DNA from: an uncultured Deinococcaceae bacterium
Lineage (GTDB): Bacteria; Deinococcota; Deinococci; Deinococcales; Deinococcaceae
Reading direction: 5' to 3'
Length of the DNA stretch: 64,000 bases
Assembly (NCBI GenBank): GCA_964252075.1
Contig: CAXULY010000010.1
Span: forward strand, 32,001-96,000
Shown: in pieces, positions 58,543 through 64,000 of the stretch
How positions within the stretch are numbered: the first letter of the stretch is position 1
Layout: every line of letters starts with the position of its first letter
Made by a program: the position numbers and the translations under genes
The notes under the pieces: generated by a model
Told to the model about the DNA's origin: nothing
The model's database searches: none
Seen by the model: only the letters and a program-made list of their open reading frames with translations

Positions 58543-59142
58543 ATGCCCCGATTCATCAAACGCAACAGCACTGGGACGGGCCTCATCGAGGAGAGCACGG
58601 TCGCCACGAGCGCCGGCGCGGCGAGCGCGGGCAAGGTGCCGGAGTTGGACGGCACCGGCAAGCTGGACGCGAGCATGCTGAACAGCACCACCACGAGCGC
58701 GGGCGCGAGCAGCACCGGCAAGCTCGTGGCGCTGGACGGTGCGGGCCGTCTGGACGCCACCGTGATGCCCGTGGGCTTCGGCGCGGACACCGGCACCCTG
58801 CAGGCGTCCGAGGCGCTGAGCGCCGGGGATTACATCAACGTGTGGAGCAGCGGCGGCAGCCCCCGCATGCGCAAGGCGGACGCCAGCACGTCCGGCAAAG
58901 AAGCGCACGGCTTCGTGCTGCAGGCGGTCGCGAGCGGCGCGAGCGGTACAGCGTACTTTGAGGGCACGAACACCGCCGCGACCGGACAGACGGCGGGCGT
59001 AGTGTTCCTCGACCCGGCGAACCCCGGCAAGGGCACCACGACCGCGCCGAGCACGGCGGGGCAGGTGTGGCAGAAGATCGGCTTCGCGACGGGCGCCACC
59101 ACCGTGAACTTCCAGTACAACGAACCCATCCTGCTGGCCTGA
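58543..59142 (+). CDS. virion accessory protein with internal repeat
   Basis: Two TSAGA.S.GK...LDG.G.LDA..[ML] repeats; ASEALSAGD...RKADAS. Confidence 0.65.
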   Translation: MPRFIKRNSTGTGLIEESTVATSAGAASAGKVPELDGTGKLDASMLNSTTTSAGASSTGKLVALDGAGRLDATVMPVGFGADTGTLQASEALSAGDYINVWSSGGSPRMRKADASTSGKEAHGFVLQAVASGASGTAYFEGTNTAATGQTAGVVFLDPANPGKGTTTAPSTAGQVWQKIGFATGATTVNFQYNEPILLA

Positions 59143-59145
59143 GCC

Positions 59146-59469
59146 ATGGCGAAACGCAAACCCCTCGTGCTGGTGGGCGGCGGCATGCAGCAGCTCGCCG
59201 CAGGTGACACGGTGGACGGCACCACCCTGCGCGGCAGCCGCACCTTCAGCAACCAGACCCTCGCGACGGTTGGCACGACCGTCACCATCACCGTCACGGG
59301 CGCGGCGGTGGGCAGTCCCGTCGTGGTGAGTCCGCGCGCGGCGCTGCAGGCGGGCCTCTCCCTGTACGGCTGGGTGAGCGCCGCGAACACCGTCAGCGTC
59401 AGTTTTGACAACCGCACGCTCGTCAACATGTCCTTCACCGGCACGCTGGACGTCGCCGTGATCCCGTAA
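59146..59469 (+). CDS. virion accessory protein
   Basis: MAKRKPLVLVGG.MQQL.AGDT N-terminus. Confidence 0.6.
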   Translation: MAKRKPLVLVGGGMQQLAAGDTVDGTTLRGSRTFSNQTLATVGTTVTITVTGAAVGSPVVVSPRAALQAGLSLYGWVSAANTVSVSFDNRTLVNMSFTGTLDVAVIP

Positions 59470-59486
59470 CCCGCTTGGAGGGCCAC

Positions 59487-59870
59487 ATGCTCATCCTCTC
59501 CATGGCCCTCGCCCTGTCGGCGGGGGCCTTCCAGCGACCCATGGACTTCATCCCCCCGCCCGCCCCACCGCTGTGCACGGTCACCGCCGTGTTCAGCCCG
59601 CTGTGGTGGAACCGCCTCACCCTGAACAACGGTCTGCCCGCCGTGATGTCCGTCAGCGTGGCCCTGAAGCCTGACTGCCCGCCGAACGGGCACGCGGACG
59701 TGTTCTTCGACACGGGCGTGCGCCTCGTCCCAGAGGACGGCCCGTACACCCTCACGCCCGACGCGCCGAGCGTCACGGTGTCGGGCGTGCCGGGGTACTG
59801 GATGCCCCGCTGGCGCGCAGCGAGCGGCCTGCTCTACACCGTCCCCTGGCTGAACCGGGGGACCCAATGA
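59487..59870 (+). CDS. secreted protein
   Basis: Signal peptide; GGAGG RBS. Confidence 0.55.
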   Translation: MLILSMALALSAGAFQRPMDFIPPPAPPLCTVTAVFSPLWWNRLTLNNGLPAVMSVSVALKPDCPPNGHADVFFDTGVRLVPEDGPYTLTPDAPSVTVSGVPGYWMPRWRAASGLLYTVPWLNRGTQ

Positions 59871-59882
59871 CGGAGGTGCGCG

Positions 59883-60287
59883 ATGCTCACACTGATCCTG
59901 ATCGCCGCCACCGTCTCTCTGGACCCAGGCACGAAGAGCGTCCTCGCAGGCGTGGACTGGGGCGGCGTCATCTACGCGTTCGCGTGGTCCGCCATCATCA
60001 GCGGGGCGTCTCTCATGCGGCAACGCCGCGCGCAGGCCGCGGTCGGCGCGGAGAAGAGCTCCTTCGCGTCCATCATCCCGGAGATGATCCTCGGGAGTGC
60101 GTTCGGGTTGGCGTTCGCGCTGTGGGGTCCGAAGCTCTACCCGCAGCTGAACAACTTCGCGGGCGTCACGGTCCTCAGCATGGTGGGCGGCTCCATCGGC
60201 GCGCCCGGCTGGGGCTGGGTGTCACGGGCACTCGACAGCTACGGGCGGAAACGGTGGGGGGGTGATGACCATGACGCACCGCAGTAA
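59883..60287 (+). CDS. holin-like membrane protein
   Basis: 3-4 TM; upstream of the endolysin. Confidence 0.55.
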   Translation: MLTLILIAATVSLDPGTKSVLAGVDWGGVIYAFAWSAIISGASLMRQRRAQAAVGAEKSSFASIIPEMILGSAFGLAFALWGPKLYPQLNNFAGVTVLSMVGGSIGAPGWGWVSRALDSYGRKRWGGDDHDAPQ

Positions 60288-60894
60288 GCCCCGCGCGCGC
60301 CTGCGGCAGTTCATCCGGCGCCAGAGCCCCGTGCAGTCCCCACCGTTCAGGTGGTGGCACGCGCTCCTGCTGCTGGGGTTGCTCCTGGCGGTCGCGGTGA
60401 CGTTCTGGGCGTCGGGCGTCATGGCGGACGTGGGGGCGTCCGCAGTGGCGCCCCGTCAATGGCTGGTGCGGCTGGCGGTCACGGTCGTGGGCCTCATTGC
60501 GTACAACGTGTTCTGGGTGCGGGCGCTGCCTGCGTGGCGCGTCGCGAGTTACATGATCGTCTGCCTCGGCCTACTGTTCACCATCGCGCGCAACGAGTAC
60601 GTGACGCACAACCCCCTCACGGTGAGCCTCGCGCTGCTGCTGCTGGGCCTGATGGTGGAGGCGGGCGCCATCGCGGTGCGCCCAAACCCGTACGAGCGAC
60701 TGAACCTGTGCGAAGCGGAGTTGAGGCGCAACCGGGAGGATCTGAATGACCGGGACAACTGGATTGACCAGTTGATGCTGCAGGCGCGGAACAAAGACGA
60801 CCACATCAGTCTCCTGATCGCGGCGCGCGAGGGCGATCAGGCGCGCATCAAGTGGCTTGCCGCGGAGAACGAGCGGCTGAAGGAGCGCACATGA
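60271..60894 (+). CDS. 4-TM plus coiled-coil lysis-region protein
   Basis: Hydrophobic N-terminal half, heptad-rich C-terminus. Confidence 0.55.
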   Translation: MTHRSKPRARLRQFIRRQSPVQSPPFRWWHALLLLGLLLAVAVTFWASGVMADVGASAVAPRQWLVRLAVTVVGLIAYNVFWVRALPAWRVASYMIVCLGLLFTIARNEYVTHNPLTVSLALLLLGLMVEAGAIAVRPNPYERLNLCEAELRRNREDLNDRDNWIDQLMLQARNKDDHISLLIAAREGDQARIKWLAAENERLKERT

Positions 60895-61601
60895 TTCAGT
60901 TGAACCTCTCGGCGGCGGACAAGGCCGTCGTGCATTCGTACCTCGCCATGCGCCCGTCCGGAGCGGACCAGGGCGCGCTCTTCCGGGCGTACGGGGACTT
61001 CAGGCCGCGAGCGGGACACGCCGTGACCTTCGGCGCGGACGCCGCGTGGGCGCGCGCGCACATTGTGGGCATCCCGCTCGCGCTGAGCCTGCCGGGCATG
61101 CGGGGGAACGTGGTCGACGTCCACCGCGCCATCGCACCCGTCCTGCAACTCGCGTTCCGGGAGATCGTGGCGCTCGGGCTGAGCAGTTGCCTGCACCGCT
61201 GGAACGGCGCGTGGAACGTGCGGCAGATGCGGACGGGCGGCGCGTGGAGCCTGCACAGCTGGGGCGTCGCGGCTGACCTGGACGCGGGGAGCAACGCACA
61301 GGGCGCCGGGAAGGGCACGATGGACCCGCGCGTCGTGCAGGTGTTCGAGATGCTGGGCTTCACGTGGGGCGGGCGCTGGACGGAGGGTGTGGACCCCATG
61401 CACTTCCAGGCGTCGGACCCGTTGCCGGGCGTGCCGGTGCCTGTGTGGCAGGACGCGGCGGGGCGCGCGCCGGTCACGGTCGCGACGCCTACCACGCACC
61501 TCGCGGCGAATGGCGCGCGGCTCATCGTGAACGGGGAGGACATGGGCACCATCACCGCGGCGAGCCTCGGGGCGGGGAAGCTGCAGGTCAACACGAAGTA
61601 G
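60891..61601 (+). CDS. endolysin, M15-family Zn peptidase
   Basis: WSLHSWGVAADLD, FTWGGRW, DPMHFQ. Confidence 0.9.
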   Translation: MIQLNLSAADKAVVHSYLAMRPSGADQGALFRAYGDFRPRAGHAVTFGADAAWARAHIVGIPLALSLPGMRGNVVDVHRAIAPVLQLAFREIVALGLSSCLHRWNGAWNVRQMRTGGAWSLHSWGVAADLDAGSNAQGAGKGTMDPRVVQVFEMLGFTWGGRWTEGVDPMHFQASDPLPGVPVPVWQDAAGRAPVTVATPTTHLAANGARLIVNGEDMGTITAASLGAGKLQVNTK

Positions 61602-61605
61602 CGCC

Positions 61606-61863
61606 GTGCGACAGACCACCCGCGCCCTGAGGGCCCTGCGGGTGCTCGGTGAAGTGGACAGCCCCATCCTGCTGCGGGACCTCGCGCGGAAGGTGGGGCA
61701 GGACCACCTGAGCCTGCTTGACACGCTGAGGCGCCTGCACGGGCGCGGCCTCGTGCGCGTCACGTGGCGGCTGCCCAAGACGGCGTTCGGTGGGTACCCG
61801 CAGCGGGAATTCACGCTCACCCCGGAGGGCCGCGAGGTGGCCCGCCAGTTCGTGACGGATTGA
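61606..61863 (+). CDS. small winged-helix protein
   Basis: L.DLA..VG......L..L...GLV...FTLTPEG. Confidence 0.6.
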   Translation: MRQTTRALRALRVLGEVDSPILLRDLARKVGQDHLSLLDTLRRLHGRGLVRVTWRLPKTAFGGYPQREFTLTPEGREVARQFVTD

Positions 61864-61936
61864 TGGCCGGTGTTCGTTCGCACGCCCAGGGCGCCCCGTG
61901 TGGGCGCCCGCATTGTTTGGCCCCCAGGAGGGCAAC

Positions 61937-62281
61937 ATGCAGTCACTGCTTCAGGTTCAGAGTCCGAACGGCACGCCCATCAGCATCCTGCCCCTCGGGG
62001 ACGGCGGGAATTACTACGCCGCCCCTCCCGGCACGGCGGGCAAGGCCATCGCGGTGCCTCCCGGTGCCCGGTTTGTGCTGGTCACCTCGACCACGGCGGA
62101 CGTGTGGCTGCGGGCGGGCACCACGAGCGGCCTGACCGTGACGGCGCCGAGTGGCGAGAGCACGAACGGCACGACGCCCGCCCTGCTGGGCGCGGGCGCC
62201 TCCCAGCCATACGTCCTGAACGGCGTCACGTACCTCGCGCTCCTGAGCACGGGGGACGTGCGGGTGGAGTTCTTCTCATGA
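61937..62281 (+). CDS. small beta-rich phage protein
   Basis: AGGAGG RBS. Confidence 0.6.
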   Translation: MQSLLQVQSPNGTPISILPLGDGGNYYAAPPGTAGKAIAVPPGARFVLVTSTTADVWLRAGTTSGLTVTAPSGESTNGTTPALLGAGASQPYVLNGVTYLALLSTGDVRVEFFS

Positions 62282-63936
62282 CGTGGGGCAGCCAGCCCAG
62301 GAAGGGCGCGGGGAACGCGCGCGGCATTCAGAGCACCGCGAAGGACGGCAGCGGAAACCTCATCATCACCTACACGGACGGAACCACCCAGAACGTCGGG
62401 AAGGTGGAGGGCCTGCCAGGCAAGGTGGTGGCCAGCAACACGGTGGACGCGAATGGGCACCTGATCGTGACGTACACCGACAACACTACGGCAGACCTCG
62501 GCCTCGTGAAGCCCGCTGCAACCGCGTTCCGATCCGGGGCGGGTGCGCCTGCCGACACGCTCGGTGCAGACGGCGATCAGTACCTGAACACGGCGACGGG
62601 AGACGTGCACACCCGGGCGGGCGGTACCTACACCATCACGGGGAACATCAAGGGCACCACTGGTGCCAACCCACTCCTCGCTGCCGCAGCGGGCACGTGG
62701 ACCGGTGGCGGCAACAACACCTTCGTGCGGCGCATCCCCGGTACCACCACCGTCGTGCCGTACGACGCGACGATCAAGGACGACACGCGGCCCGTGTACT
62801 GGCGGGACAACATCGGCAACTTCTGGGCGCCGGGTGGCCTCGTGCCGGGCGTGTTCCCGTCCGGATCGGTGGGCTTCACGGTGGCGCCCGCGCCGCTCAC
62901 GACGACGACCGCACAGAACTGGGCGGCTTACGACCCGACCGGCATTATTCCCGTCACGTCGGATAGCGCCGCGTGGCGCGTGTATCAGAACCTCGGTGTG
63001 ATCGAATCGACCGGATCGCTGCGGTTCAAGGACGGCCCGATCCTCACGCAGCCGGACGGCGTGGGCCTCCGCGAGCGCTTCACAGGGCAGACCAGCAGCG
63101 TCTCCCCGGGCACGGCGGTGCCGCTCACCTTCGCGCACGATATGTGGGCGCCCGGGGACGGCACCGCGCCCGTGCTGAGCTTCGTCACGGACAACAGCGC
63201 GCCCAACCTCATGTACATGCGGCACGCGGTGGCCACCAGCGCCCGGCGCGCCGTGCCGCTCAAGCAGTACGGCCAGTTCCTCTCCGGGGGCGTCGCGGCG
63301 CTCATGGCGATGGACGTCACGGCAGGCCGAGAATTCCGCCTGATCCTGCGGGCCAGCGGACACGGCGCGATGACCCTCACCACCGGGCCTGGAGCGAACG
63401 CTGGGGCCAGCAGCATCACCATCAACGCCGCCACCAACTACCTGCCTGCAGGGAAGACCTTCACCATGGGGGGCGTCAGCGTCACGACCACCGCGGACCT
63501 GCTGCCGGGCGCCACCACGCTCAGCGTGCAGAACCTGCCGGGGGCCATCACCGCAGGCGCCTCGGTGGCCCTCGCCAGCAATGAGACGGGCATCGTGGCG
63601 CAGTACGTGCAGAGCACCAAGAGCCTGAACCTCTACACCTACCTGAACGGCCAGGTGTCCGGGCAGTTCGGCAGCGTCAACCTCGGCATCACCCTGGCGA
63701 ACTTCATCCAGTATTGGATGGAGTTCGTTATTTACGACAACCACGCCTATGCGCGCTTCTACCTCGGCACGGACGCGCGCCCTGCCATCTGGCACGTGAA
63801 CGGCCTACAGCTGCCCGCCTATGCGGTGAACACGCCCGGGTATGCCGCTGTGGGTGAGTCGGGCGGCTCCACGGTGCTGCGCGTGTACGAGGTGGACGTG
63901 ACCCCCAGCGTGTACGGCGATCCCCGGGTGGCCTGA
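62278..63936 (+). CDS. second fibre/adhesin-like protein
   Basis: Repeated GNLIITYTDG/GHLIVTYTDN; SG.GAP...LG.DGD.YL...TGD. Confidence 0.7.
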   Translation: MTWGSQPRKGAGNARGIQSTAKDGSGNLIITYTDGTTQNVGKVEGLPGKVVASNTVDANGHLIVTYTDNTTADLGLVKPAATAFRSGAGAPADTLGADGDQYLNTATGDVHTRAGGTYTITGNIKGTTGANPLLAAAAGTWTGGGNNTFVRRIPGTTTVVPYDATIKDDTRPVYWRDNIGNFWAPGGLVPGVFPSGSVGFTVAPAPLTTTTAQNWAAYDPTGIIPVTSDSAAWRVYQNLGVIESTGSLRFKDGPILTQPDGVGLRERFTGQTSSVSPGTAVPLTFAHDMWAPGDGTAPVLSFVTDNSAPNLMYMRHAVATSARRAVPLKQYGQFLSGGVAALMAMDVTAGREFRLILRASGHGAMTLTTGPGANAGASSITINAATNYLPAGKTFTMGGVSVTTTADLLPGATTLSVQNLPGAITAGASVALASNETGIVAQYVQSTKSLNLYTYLNGQVSGQFGSVNLGITLANFIQYWMEFVIYDNHAYARFYLGTDARPAIWHVNGLQLPAYAVNTPGYAAVGESGGSTVLRVYEVDVTPSVYGDPRVA

Positions 63937-64000
63937 TGGCCGCCCCTGTCCCCAAGTGGGCCGTGTGGGATGGTAAGCGGTTCGTGGAGGACCCGAACCC

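Larger units (their letters stand above)
16280..64000. mobile_element. Siphovirus-like prophage (left end approximate; continues beyond the window)
   Basis: Integrase, CI/Cro, replication, packaging, head, tail and lysis modules in lambdoid order. Confidence 0.95.

Noticed and set aside
62240..62250. CTCCTGAGCAC matches the attL region at 16272-16282; possible attR
   Set aside because: Downstream sequence does not resume the S66 peptidase and phage-like genes continue; an 11-bp match is plausible by chance

Overview
GC-rich bacterial chromosome segment, most likely Deinococcus. This is inferred from composition, gene content and many leaderless -10/start-codon arrangements. Bases 1 to ~16,280 are host genes: membrane proteins, TerC/Alx with a yybP-ykoY riboswitch, two MFS transporters, a GNAT, an HD hydrolase, TetR, split lipoate ligase, an epimerase, a CDF transporter, mnmE, and two copies of a 66-bp promoter-hairpin-terminator repeat. 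From ~16,280 to the window end is an apparently intact siphovirus-type prophage, inserted by a large serine recombinase into an S66/LD-carboxypeptidase gene; attR lies beyond the window. Prophage modules in order: integrase, low-GC membrane accessory genes, CI/Cro switch, Rha antirepressor, SSAP, prim-pol, SF2 helicase, adenine methylase, HNHs, terminases, portal, scaffold, capsid, neck, tail with a -1 frameshift chaperone, a 2520-aa tape measure with a CHAP-like domain, tail tip/fibres, lysis genes, then more fibre-like genes. Best candidate for a new system: a standalone C39/papain-like cysteine peptidase sits directly before scaffold and major capsid genes whose products share an N-terminal leader ending in PR[FA]G. 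This suggests phage-encoded leader processing of head proteins. Also notable: a prim-pol/wHTH replicase with an internal AT-rich inverted repeat, a repeated GTCAAATCTGACGCG site, two antisense-RNA cassettes, and an HNH gene with its own promoter and structured leader. All protein calls come from motif recognition by eye; no database searches were run.
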